DNA of 59,146 nt, the filler included, from Candidatus Woesearchaeota archaeon (GTDB lineage: Archaea; Nanobdellota; Nanobdellia; Woesearchaeales; GCA-2685855): the NCBI GenBank assembly GCA_002685855.1. It is 4 parts of 4 records of this genome, joined end to end, with 100 filler letters (N's around TTAATTAATTAA, not from the genome) between each part and the next. Parts side by side here need not be neighbours in the genome. Positions count along the whole stretch, not along the records: positions 16,554 to 32,465 come from NYYS01000022.1; 3 more parts are not named here. The stretch is one strand, 5' to 3'. The position numbers and the translations under genes are program-made. Under the pieces are notes generated by a model that saw only the letters and a program-made list of their open reading frames with translations, was not told the origin of the DNA and made no database searches. Of this stretch, positions 19,757 to 28,806 are shown in pieces. Positions within the stretch are counted from its first letter, which is position 1; the number at the start of each line of letters is the position of its first letter.

Positions 19757-20839
19757 TTAGTCCCTGTGTCGTTGGTGGTAGTGTTGTTCGAGTTGGTCGA
19801 AGATGTCGTCAGGGTTTTGTGCTTCGGGAACAAAGGGTGTTGGGAGTTTGGGTGCTGTTGTTTTAAGGAGTTTTTTTGTTGTGAAGTGTGTTTTGTGTTC
19901 TACTTGGTAGAGTTCCTGAATGAGCGTTTCTACGTCTTCTGTTTTTGTGAAAAATTCTTCTGGGAGGTCGTCGAAGGGGCTGTAGAGTTTGGCTCTTTGG
20001 AGTGCTTGTCCTATTCCCTGGTGGAGTCGTACGAGTCTGTCCGATATTGTTGTGATGCGTTGTTTGTATTCTGTTGTAAGTCTTCGTTGGTGTGCAAATC
20101 CTGTTATTCCTTCGTCGATGACGTCAAGGGCGGTTGTTATGGTTTGGAGTTGTTCCAGGGTGTTTTCTTTTGCTTTGTGGAATTGTCTTTGGGGGAGTGT
20201 TTCGATGTTTGGGTGTTTTCTGTTTTGGGGGTGTGATTCGAAGTAGGCTTGTTCTTGTTCCTGGACTGCTTTGTAGCCTTTTGCGAGTTCTTTTCGTACT
20301 TCTGTTAGTTCGTCGTATGCGAGTTGTGCATTGTCGAGTTCTGTTGTGAGGATGGTGTCTTTTCTTGTGTAGAGTGATCCTGCATGTTTTCCTGTTTGGA
20401 TGAGTTCTTGAAGAATGGGGAGATAGTTTTCTAGTTGGTCGGTGAGTTGATCTCTTTGTTGTTGGAGTGAGGGGGTTTCTTGGATGGTTGTGTTGACTTT
20501 TTCTTCTATGAATATGCTTTTTATTGCTTTTGTGAGTGTTCTGAAGAGGCGGGGGAGGTATCCTTTTATTGTTCGGCTTTCTATTCTGTAGCTTCCGTGT
20601 CTGAGTTCCTGAAGTGCTTCTTTTGCTGATTCTGTGTAGGAGTCGTATTCTTTGAGGGTATGGAGGTAGGAGTCGTATTCCTGTCTTGAAGTGATGTGTT
20701 TGCTGAAGAAGTAGTCTGCGCTGAATCTTCCATCGAGAACGAGTTGTACTAATTCAGAGGTTGATTCTTGTTGTTTTTCCTGCACAATCTGTTGGATATT
20801 GAGGATTTTTTCTTTGTTGGGTTGGGGGAGTGATTCCAT
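19757..20839 (-). CDS. hypothetical coiled-coil protein
   Basis: 360-aa helical, heptad-rich ORF; 2-nt gap to the downstream gene. Confidence 0.7.
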   Translation of the reverse strand: MESLPQPNKEKILNIQQIVQEKQQESTSELVQLVLDGRFSADYFFSKHITSRQEYDSYLHTLKEYDSYTESAKEALQELRHGSYRIESRTIKGYLPRLFRTLTKAIKSIFIEEKVNTTIQETPSLQQQRDQLTDQLENYLPILQELIQTGKHAGSLYTRKDTILTTELDNAQLAYDELTEVRKELAKGYKAVQEQEQAYFESHPQNRKHPNIETLPQRQFHKAKENTLEQLQTITTALDVIDEGITGFAHQRRLTTEYKQRITTISDRLVRLHQGIGQALQRAKLYSPFDDLPEEFFTKTEDVETLIQELYQVEHKTHFTTKKLLKTTAPKLPTPFVPEAQNPDDIFDQLEQHYHQRHRD

Positions 20840-20872
20840 TTTTTTAGAGCTTTCGCTAGGTCTATGCTGTTC

Positions 20873-21319
20873 TTAGTGGGTGTCTGGGAGAGGGATAGAT
20901 TGGAGCCACCTTCCTACTTTGTTGAGGAATGGGGTTGTTTCTTTTGTGTCTGTAGAGATATAGATGGTGTCAGGGACTGTTATTCTTAGGGTATCGTTTA
21001 TGATGGTTGTGAGTGTTTCAGGAAGGCAGGGATGGTAGTTTGTTCCATGGACTGTTCCGTCTTCCTGTACTGGAAAGCGTTCTCCTGTGGCTGTATTGTG
21101 CTGGTAACAGGTTAATGTGTTTGTTTCGGTGAGTTCGAGATCGTGATGGAGGGAGAAGGGATGAGGTGTGAATCCTTCTTCTACCTGGATTCCTGAGTAT
21201 TTGATAGGAAGGATGATATTTCTTCGTAGTTCGTAGAGGTCTCCAAGATAGGCCGCTGTGAAGTAGCTTCCTATGAGTGCTGTTCCAAGAAGGGCTTTTG
21301 AGATAAGGGTGAATGCCAT
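20873..21319 (-). CDS. hypothetical membrane-anchored protein
   Basis: 148 aa with N-terminal hydrophobic helix. Confidence 0.65.
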   Translation of the reverse strand: MAFTLISKALLGTALIGSYFTAAYLGDLYELRRNIILPIKYSGIQVEEGFTPHPFSLHHDLELTETNTLTCYQHNTATGERFPVQEDGTVHGTNYHPCLPETLTTIINDTLRITVPDTIYISTDTKETTPFLNKVGRWLQSIPLPDTH

Positions 21320-21472
21320 AATTGAGAAGAAGCAGGTATTCTTAATATGTCTACTGGCAATTTTTTCGAAAGATTTTCGAGAGTTTTAGAGTATTTCCGT
21401 ATTTAGATGGGTAGCAAGATGATAAAAAGAGAATAAGAGAAGAAAAAAAATAAAAAAGGGAGGCTTAGTGCC

Positions 21473-24400
21473 TCATTTCTTTTCCTGTGCCTTTTTGACA
21501 AAGAGTCCTACAAAGACGATCACTACCAGTACGAGCACGATCCATGGCCAGGGGCTTGATTGTGCTCCTTCTCCTGCAGCAGATTCATCTGCTCCTATTG
21601 TTTCTGTTGCAGGCGGTGTTTCTCCGGGTGTTTCTGTTTCTGGTGTTTCATCTGTTGTTTCTGCTTCTTCCTCTGTAACAGGTTCTACAGCTCCTACTGC
21701 AAAGACAGAGAGTCCGGGTGATTCTGCACTAAATGTGTATTCTGTGTCGTCTTCTCCTGTCTGTGTTGTGACAAGTTCGGTCCATGCTGCGTCTGCATAT
21801 CTGAGCAGTACTACGGTTGCAACGTCGATGCTTCGTGCTTCTAGCCAGTTCTTGGTTACTGTGAAGTCGATTGTTACTGTTCCAACGTCTGTTTCTTCGA
21901 GGTTTTCGTGTGTAATCTCTACGTATTGGTAGATTGACTTGTCTGCAGGTGCTGATGGTGCTGCTGAAGGCAATGTAGCTGTCTTGATCACTTCAAAATC
22001 TACACTTGTGACTGTGTTGAGGACTTCGAAGGTGATGCTTGCAAAGGAGATTGCTGCATCTTTGACTTCGACAATCTTATCTCCTACAGCGAGTTCGCTG
22101 AAGAAGAAGCTCTTCTTGACTTCTGCTGTTGCTTCTTCGTCTGCTGAAGCGGCTCCGCCACCACCGCCTCCGCCACCTGAGCTTGAGCTACTGCTTGAGC
22201 TGGTACTACTAGACGTTGAGCTGCTTGTGCTGCTTCCCAGGTCACCTGTTCCCCAGACACTGAACTCACATTCTGGGATTTCGAACTTACAGGTTTTGTT
22301 AAAGCTTGCGTTTAAGGTCACGTTGTCTGTCTTGTTTGTACATCCTGAGAGGTTGTCTGCACAGTGCCAAAGTTCTGTTCTTGCACAATCTTCACTCTGA
22401 ATTGGTATCTCGAGGAGACATCTCTCAGGTTGCAGATTGTTGATGATCTTTGATGCTGCATCTGGCCCCATTCCTGTATACGGTCCTACAGTGTTTGCTC
22501 CTTTTGGAAGATCTCCTGTTGCGTCAACATCTTTGATCTTATCGTTCAGGTTGAGCTCTTTGAGTGTTGCTCCCATGAGTTCAATGCCAAAGATACCTGT
22601 GTCGTTTCCTGATGCGTTCACTGAGAGGTTGATGTTTACCTTTCTTCCTTCTGTGTAGTTTACCAGGAGTCCTGCTGACTGTCCACAAACCTGTCCTTGC
22701 TGGTGTTCGTAGGTTCCATCCTGCCCAACGTCGTATTCGACTAGCCATCCTGCGGGTACTTCAATTCTTGTTGTGAAGTTACAGAGCGGACAGTCTGTTG
22801 AGTTTACTGTTGTGGTGTTGAAGCACTTACTTACTGCACAGTTGCCTGTCTCGTCGCATACTTTCAACTTGTAAAAGTACATGACATTGTTAGTTAGTGC
22901 TGCTGTGACGCCAAGGGTGGTGTTGGTGTTTGCATAGATCTCTGCGCTGTGCCACTTCTTGTATGTCTCTACTGCTGCTGTAAGTACACCCAGGTCGTCG
23001 ATTGTGTCGTTGATTGTCGCACAACCTGAACTGTTATGATACCACCAGAGTGTTCCGTTTGCGGGTTCATCTGTTGAATATGTCACGTAGAGACTGTCTG
23101 GGTATTTTTCCACCTTGTTGGTTTTTATCTTTGGTGCAGATGTGTCGTTGTAGTTAGGATCTTCAACACCAAGAGCGTTGGTTACACAGTAGGTGTGGCC
23201 TTTACAGTCTGGGTCAAAGCATCCTGCCAGTTCATCTCCGTCGTTGTCGATTCCGCTATCAAAGCAGTCTTCCTTTTTGTCAAAGCCGTGCTGGAAGAAC
23301 TCTGTACAGTCTGGGTCTTCCTGAGATGAAATGCCGTCTCCGTCACAGTCTGCTCCTTTTTCCCAGCAGCATTCTACTCCAAAGTCGATTGTTCCCGGAG
23401 TAAAGTATCCTGGACTTACACTATCCTGTACATTAGTAGAGTTTCCTGATCCGTTATCTGTTGCGGCTGCTACTCTGAATGTTGCTGTTGGAGAGTAGAG
23501 GCTGCCATACTGTGCAAGATCATCCTTTGCTACACCCATCACAAGTCCTCCAGCTTCCTGGCAATCAAATGCGTGTCGCAGTTGTAAGGGAATCTCTGAT
23601 GCAACCCATCCACCACTGACGCATCGGTATCCAATAGATGTATCTGTTAGGTCTCCATTGGTGAAGTTTCCTCTATAGGCAAGCTTGAACTCAAATCCTA
23701 CCAGATTACTATCATGGTCTGCTGCGCAGTTGTTTGTCGAGTCGTCATCTGCGTCGAGGTAGACCCATGCAAGGATGGGCTCTGCCCCATTTCCTTGACC
23801 TGAATCCATTCGTACTCCGTTACAAAATCCTGCTTTCTTTACATCGAGTACATTGACACCGAATCCCCATGCATCTCTCATGTCTTTAAGGCCAACACCG
23901 CAGATATCTGTTGTGTTACTGAGGTTGGTTTCGTTTGAACCTGTTTCCCGGCAGGTATCTGTGGCAATGATGAGTGGTGCACCAAACTCTGCCTGCTTAA
24001 AGAAGCCTGCAATGGTTTTATCTTCGCACCAGCCTGTGAGCCATTTACATTGTGCGTTTGCATTACATCCTGTTTGGTTGCCGATACTGAAGCAAGCAGG
24101 TTCACAACGAGCTCCATAGCCATCATCCATCCAAGTGCAGTTTCCTGCTGAACCGTTTACACAGGCGTCAGAATTCTGTTGGAGGCTGAAGTTCATAAAG
24201 CATTGTTCTGCCATTGTTGAACAGAATCCTCCAAAGTAGTCGTCGTTCAACCACATACATCCGAGGCTTGCATCACAATTACCTTCTGCGTATTGTTCAC
24301 AACCGGCCGCAAAATTGAGGTCGCAGAATTCCATCCGCTCATCCATGAAGGAACATTTTTCCTGGGCGTTACACCCAGACTCGTTTCCGTTGTAGAGGAA

Positions 24401-27136
24401 GCAGCTGCTTCCGCCAAAGCCAAAGTCTCCTCCTCCGAAGTCGCCTGGTTCACAGAATCCTGATGACTGTGAACAGTTAGTGTTACCAGTACAGAGAGAT
24501 GCATTTAATCTGTAGCTCTCATTAAAGCAGATTGAATCACAGCTTCCCATAAAGGGATCCCATGCACAACCTCCTTTGTTATTACATGCTGTTGCGTTCC
24601 AAGCCACTGTTTCGTTCATACTACATTGGTCCATGACAAAGTCGCATCTTGAATAGTTTAGGTCTCCAAACTGCTCTGTAACCCATTCACAATGGCTTCC
24701 CGCTGTTGTACAATTAGATGAATTCATGGCATTCCAGCACTGCATTCCTGCAGTTTCATTGATTCCGCACATTGCGCCAAATCCTGTGACCCAACTGCAG
24801 TTATTTGTTGTACAATCAGTTTGGCTTCCATCATAGATCCAACACTGAGCGCCAGGAACATCGCAGATTTCGGTTCCATAGTTATCGAGCCAGCTACAAC
24901 TGTTCGATCCGCAGTCGTCTGCATTCTTCCACTGGAAGCAGTCCTTGAAGTTTCCGCCGCAGAAGGGGTCTGAATAGCATTCTGAATCTGCACAATCTAC
25001 CTTTTGATCTCCATCATTGTCCATTCCGTCATAGCAGAGCTCTGAACCTGAACCCCCTTGTCCTACTTTGGAACAGCGTGCTGTTGTGTCGTCCCATTGG
25101 CAACTGTTCTGGGTGCCGAGACCAAAGTCAACACAGATGGTTTGATCAAAGCATTTTGAACAGTCATCATTACAGCTTTTATCGTTTGCGCTCATACACC
25201 TTCCTTCTGAAGGATCGTTCGGGTCTCCTATCCACTTACAGTTAGCCCGTGATTCTTTACACGCTGTTTGTGGTCCTCCTTCCATAGGATCACCAAGGTA
25301 GGTACAGGAATCACAATCACTGTGGCAGTCCTTTGTGCCTCCTTTGTCAAAGAAATCTTTGACCTCACACATACCAATTCCATTAGGGGCGGTGAATGTT
25401 GCATTAGCCGCTACGAACTGACATTTTCCTGATTTCGAGTTCTCACAGGCACTTTGTGCGCCTGAAACATTTGTCCAGTTTGCACCACTTGACTGAAATT
25501 CACAGGCCCAACAGTTGGTATCACAGGTCTGACCGCCACCAACACCAAAGGCCATCTCGCAGTGTCCTTCTGGGATCGAGTTGTTATCAGAGTCACAGTA
25601 GGATTCTATGATCCACTTTCCTCCGGCATATTCACAGTTTTTCTTGTTCTTTATATTATACATACCGCCATCGTCAAGGCCGTCTGTCTTGAAGGTACAG
25701 TGTTTGGTGGTATTATCCCATCTACAGGGCATATACCACGGCGGCCCAGCTACTTCGTTACAGTTTGCCTGATTGCTGTAGAGCTCAACATCTTCACAGA
25801 AATCTTTACCGTCACCTTGGTCTTTGAGGTCGTCCCAACATTGGGTCGTATAGTAGTTCTGGGTACAGTTGGTTCCGTTCCAGCTACAACAGGTTGAGAA
25901 TGCAGACATCTCGTTGCATGCCTGTGAGTCGTTGAGTCGAAGACAGGAGAGCATTCCATCTGAAAGATTTGCATTGTTCTGGCAGAGAGATCCATCCCAG
26001 GTACAGCCAACCGTCCAATTACACAAAGTTTCATTAAAGTCAAATACATAGCATCCTGGATTCCAATCGTCATGGACATCGTAGCTCGGTTCCTGACAGG
26101 TTGAATTTGTTCTGTTCCAGAAACAGTAGAAACTTTCTAAACAATCCCATTCAGTAGTAAAGTTCGCACAGGTAGTGCTTGTATAGCTCTCGTAACACCA
26201 AGGTGCACTCCAGGCACAGGTTAGTCCTACGGTGTTGTTTACACATGCAGTATCAGTTGTTCCATCATAGTCCCAACAACCAGGTTGCTGGCACCATCCA
26301 ATGTCTCCTGTTATCCAAGTACAGTTGAAGCCTGCTCCGCTTCCTGCAATACAATCATTTTGTGTTGTGTGATCCCAACAGCTAACATCATAGCAAAAGG
26401 GCGACTCCCAGGTACATCCTGCTGTGTTACATGCTGTCTGGTTTGTATTATCATACTGCCAACAACTGTTTCCTTCATAACAATAGAAAGCGTTTGAATC
26501 CCATGCACAGGCAGAGTCTGCTACACATGCTGACTGGTTTGCGTGTGCCTGATCCCAACAGTCTGACTCATCACAGGTAGAAGATTGTGCATTCCATGCA
26601 CAGCCAGATGCAGCATTACAAGGTGTTGCTGCTGTATGACTCCAGCAGCCCTCTTCAAAACAGTTTCCCCATTGACAGCTTCCTGTTGCGTCACAACCGG
26701 TCTGGTTGTTTATTCCCCAACACTCCATCGAACCCGTACATTCAAGGTACCAACTACAGGACTTGTCAAACGAATTGTTTATACAGTTAGTATCGTTTGT
26801 CCCAGAAAAGCTCTCACAATTTGCTTCTTCACAAAATCCTTCACTTGCAGAAAACCAAGTACATACTGTCCCTATTGAGGCATTGCTGGCATTACAGCCT
26901 ACCTCATTGTAGAGTCCCCAACAACTTATTGTTTCACAATAGGGATCCCACCATTGACAGGTGGCGTCTGCGAGACAAGATGTCGGATTATAGTTGTAGT
27001 CTGCACAAGCAGCAGATGCGTTGGATGAAAGAAAGATGCTCATCATCACGACGATGATTGAGAAAAAGGTTAATTTTGTAATAGCTTTTTGTCTAGCAAC
27101 AGAATTCATAACAGATACCATGGTTATTCCCCTCAC
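21473..27136 (-). CDS. giant Cys/Trp-repeat cell-surface glycoprotein with PGF-pre-PGF domain and C-terminal TM anchor
   Basis: Signal peptide, many CxW repeats, CxDGxDNDGD..DC.D..C motifs, many NxS/T sequons, Ser/Gly linker, YQYVEI...FTVTKNWL...AESPGLSVFAV, TM plus basic tail. Confidence 0.85.
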   Translation of the reverse strand: MRGITMVSVMNSVARQKAITKLTFFSIIVVMMSIFLSSNASAACADYNYNPTSCLADATCQWWDPYCETISCWGLYNEVGCNASNASIGTVCTWFSASEGFCEEANCESFSGTNDTNCINNSFDKSCSWYLECTGSMECWGINNQTGCDATGSCQWGNCFEEGCWSHTAATPCNAASGCAWNAQSSTCDESDCWDQAHANQSACVADSACAWDSNAFYCYEGNSCWQYDNTNQTACNTAGCTWESPFCYDVSCWDHTTQNDCIAGSGAGFNCTWITGDIGWCQQPGCWDYDGTTDTACVNNTVGLTCAWSAPWCYESYTSTTCANFTTEWDCLESFYCFWNRTNSTCQEPSYDVHDDWNPGCYVFDFNETLCNWTVGCTWDGSLCQNNANLSDGMLSCLRLNDSQACNEMSAFSTCCSWNGTNCTQNYYTTQCWDDLKDQGDGKDFCEDVELYSNQANCNEVAGPPWYMPCRWDNTTKHCTFKTDGLDDGGMYNIKNKKNCEYAGGKWIIESYCDSDNNSIPEGHCEMAFGVGGGQTCDTNCWACEFQSSGANWTNVSGAQSACENSKSGKCQFVAANATFTAPNGIGMCEVKDFFDKGGTKDCHSDCDSCTYLGDPMEGGPQTACKESRANCKWIGDPNDPSEGRCMSANDKSCNDDCSKCFDQTICVDFGLGTQNSCQWDDTTARCSKVGQGGSGSELCYDGMDNDGDQKVDCADSECYSDPFCGGNFKDCFQWKNADDCGSNSCSWLDNYGTEICDVPGAQCWIYDGSQTDCTTNNCSWVTGFGAMCGINETAGMQCWNAMNSSNCTTAGSHCEWVTEQFGDLNYSRCDFVMDQCSMNETVAWNATACNNKGGCAWDPFMGSCDSICFNESYRLNASLCTGNTNCSQSSGFCEPGDFGGGDFGFGGSSCFLYNGNESGCNAQEKCSFMDERMEFCDLNFAAGCEQYAEGNCDASLGCMWLNDDYFGGFCSTMAEQCFMNFSLQQNSDACVNGSAGNCTWMDDGYGARCEPACFSIGNQTGCNANAQCKWLTGWCEDKTIAGFFKQAEFGAPLIIATDTCRETGSNETNLSNTTDICGVGLKDMRDAWGFGVNVLDVKKAGFCNGVRMDSGQGNGAEPILAWVYLDADDDSTNNCAADHDSNLVGFEFKLAYRGNFTNGDLTDTSIGYRCVSGGWVASEIPLQLRHAFDCQEAGGLVMGVAKDDLAQYGSLYSPTATFRVAAATDNGSGNSTNVQDSVSPGYFTPGTIDFGVECCWEKGADCDGDGISSQEDPDCTEFFQHGFDKKEDCFDSGIDNDGDELAGCFDPDCKGHTYCVTNALGVEDPNYNDTSAPKIKTNKVEKYPDSLYVTYSTDEPANGTLWWYHNSSGCATINDTIDDLGVLTAAVETYKKWHSAEIYANTNTTLGVTAALTNNVMYFYKLKVCDETGNCAVSKCFNTTTVNSTDCPLCNFTTRIEVPAGWLVEYDVGQDGTYEHQQGQVCGQSAGLLVNYTEGRKVNINLSVNASGNDTGIFGIELMGATLKELNLNDKIKDVDATGDLPKGANTVGPYTGMGPDAASKIINNLQPERCLLEIPIQSEDCARTELWHCADNLSGCTNKTDNVTLNASFNKTCKFEIPECEFSVWGTGDLGSSTSSSTSSSTSSSSSSSSGGGGGGGGAASADEEATAEVKKSFFFSELAVGDKIVEVKDAAISFASITFEVLNTVTSVDFEVIKTATLPSAAPSAPADKSIYQYVEITHENLEETDVGTVTIDFTVTKNWLEARSIDVATVVLLRYADAAWTELVTTQTGEDDTEYTFSAESPGLSVFAVGAVEPVTEEEAETTDETPETETPGETPPATETIGADESAAGEGAQSSPWPWIVLVLVVIVFVGLFVKKAQEKK

Positions 27137-27312
27137 ACATTTTTTTTATAATAATATTATGTTGTATTCTTCTATTCTTCGCATAGGTTATATATAAACA
27201 TTACGATGTTATCTAGGAAAGGTTATGGATAAAAATATTTTGCAGGTGTTGTCTAAAATGTTTAAGTTTTAATTTAAAACTATTTAGGTTTTTTGTGTTT
27301 GAAAAAGAAAAG

Positions 27313-27463
27313 CGCTGCGGCCCGGACTTTCATCAAGGTTTTCCCTTGTTTTGAATTTCCCGATCTTTGCGAACGTTTCTTGGAGACTTCGCAAGGATCT
27401 CCGGGAATTCCGGAAGGAACTGGCTCTCAAGGCCAGCGCAATACCAGATTATGCGACCGCAGC
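27313..27463 (-). tRNA. tRNA-Ser(UGA) with two T-arm introns (53/54 27356-27400; 59/60 27327-27349)
   Basis: Spliced GCTGCGGTCGCATAATCTGGTATTGCGCTGGCCTTGAGAGCCAGTTCCTTCCGGAATTCCCGGTTCAAATCCGGGCCGCAGCG with long variable arm; junction helices TCCC/GGGA and TTCA/TGAA. Confidence 0.88.
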
Positions 27464-27575
27464 GCATGCGCAGGTCGCGACCGAAAACAACAGATGTTTT
27501 CGCGTATGCGACCGCAGCGTTTTTGCATAGATCGCGACCGAAAACAACAGATGTTTTCGCGTATGCGACCACAGC
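27450..27575 (-). repeat. tandem repeat (55/57-nt period) of the tRNA-Ser 5' 14-mer separated by a hairpin unit
   Basis: TATGCGACC(G/A)CAGC at 27450, 27505 and 27562; identical TCGCGACCGAAAACAACAGATGTTTTCGCG at 27475 and 27532. Confidence 0.92.
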
Positions 27576-27642
27576 ATGTTTGTCTAGAAAAGGGTATGAT
27601 TTTTAAACTTATTGAATTAGGACGTTCATACGGGTTCTGCTG

Positions 27643-28149
27643 CTATTGATGGTAGCGGTACATGTTGAGAAAGCTTTTTACTTCATTTTTGAGGTCGGTG
27701 CAGTGTTGTTTTGCTGCTGCTTCTGAGGCTTCTGAGTATTGTTTGTAGATGAACTTGTCGAAGAGTGTTCTGAAGAAGTGGAAGACAGCGCGGGTTTCCC
27801 AGGTGCCTTCGTAGTCGGTTGTGTGGTAGGCGTCGAAGATGATGCTGGCTTTTCCTTTGACAAGGTGAAGTTTTGCTCCGTTTTTTTCGATTTCTACATC
27901 GTTCAGATGGGTAAAATAGCCTGTTACTTTTATTTCGATCTTGACATAGTCAGTGATTTTTTTATAAGGGATTATTTCTAAGGTTACTTGTTTTCCTTCT
28001 TCGTAGACCTCTTCGTAGTTTTTTGTTTCCATTTTGTCAAAGCCGCGTACGCTGAACCATTTGTCGATCATTCGGTAGAGGCCTTTTAGATCTATGAGTC
28101 CTTCGTATTGGATTTGGTCTCCGTCCACAACTGTTTTTATTTCTGACAT
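27643..28149 (-). CDS. hypothetical protein (paralog of 28151-28684)
   Basis: Shared Y.GL.D..GLY.....WF...E....E pattern. Confidence 0.8.
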   Translation of the reverse strand: MSEIKTVVDGDQIQYEGLIDLKGLYRMIDKWFSVRGFDKMETKNYEEVYEEGKQVTLEIIPYKKITDYVKIEIKVTGYFTHLNDVEIEKNGAKLHLVKGKASIIFDAYHTTDYEGTWETRAVFHFFRTLFDKFIYKQYSEASEAAAKQHCTDLKNEVKSFLNMYRYHQ

Positions 28150-28150
28150 G

Positions 28151-28684
28151 TTACACCATTGTTGGATAGGCTGATTCTGATGTTTGTATACCTAGATATT
28201 TTTTGACTTGGGTCATGAGGTCCATAACCTGGTAGGTGAGCGGATCATAGTGGCCTGTTTCAAGGTCCCAGCGGGCAATGATGTCTTTGTATATTTTAAA
28301 GAGGAGTTGTTTGAATTTGCCTTCTTTGTATTGGTCTTGCCAGTCGAGTTCTACTTCGACTTTGAAGTTGATCTGGATTCTGCCTGTCATGCGTTTCATG
28401 GTTTTCCCGTTGATGGTGACGTCTACCTCTTTTGAGTCGAACGTATGAAATGCAATGGTTACATGGTATTTGACGAATTCGGTGACCTCTTTTTCTGCTA
28501 CCCAGTCGAGTTCTATCTCGTTTCCGAGGGGGCTGTAGACTTTGTCTTTATAGCGTTTCTCCCACCACCTGTAGCGTTGTTTTTGGAACCAGTCTGCCAT
28601 GAATTTGTAGAGACCGTCGTAGTCGTAGAGTCCTTTGTAGCGGATTATTAATGGTTTTCCAACAGGATCGACTTTTTTGGACAT
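28151..28684 (-). CDS. hypothetical protein (paralog of 27643-28149)
   Basis: YKGLYDYDGLYKFMADWF...EKEVTEFVKYHV. Confidence 0.8.
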   Translation of the reverse strand: MSKKVDPVGKPLIIRYKGLYDYDGLYKFMADWFQKQRYRWWEKRYKDKVYSPLGNEIELDWVAEKEVTEFVKYHVTIAFHTFDSKEVDVTINGKTMKRMTGRIQINFKVEVELDWQDQYKEGKFKQLLFKIYKDIIARWDLETGHYDPLTYQVMDLMTQVKKYLGIQTSESAYPTMV

Positions 28685-28806
28685 TATGTTTTTAAAGAAT
28701 AGTGAGTTTATATATGTTTCTAAATGGGTGGACGTGAGAATTTAGGGAAAGGCTGGAGAAGGTGGGCAGCGTTTGTGTTGGTATGTTGTTGATATTTTTT
28801 TGAATA

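Noticed and set aside
27450..27575. Mini CRISPR array
   Set aside because: The would-be spacers are near-identical, the repeat equals the tRNA 5' end, and no cas genes are present
27293..27649. ORFs 27293-27649, 27333-27572 and 27367-27606
   Set aside because: They overlap tRNA-Ser(UGA) and its repeat; spurious
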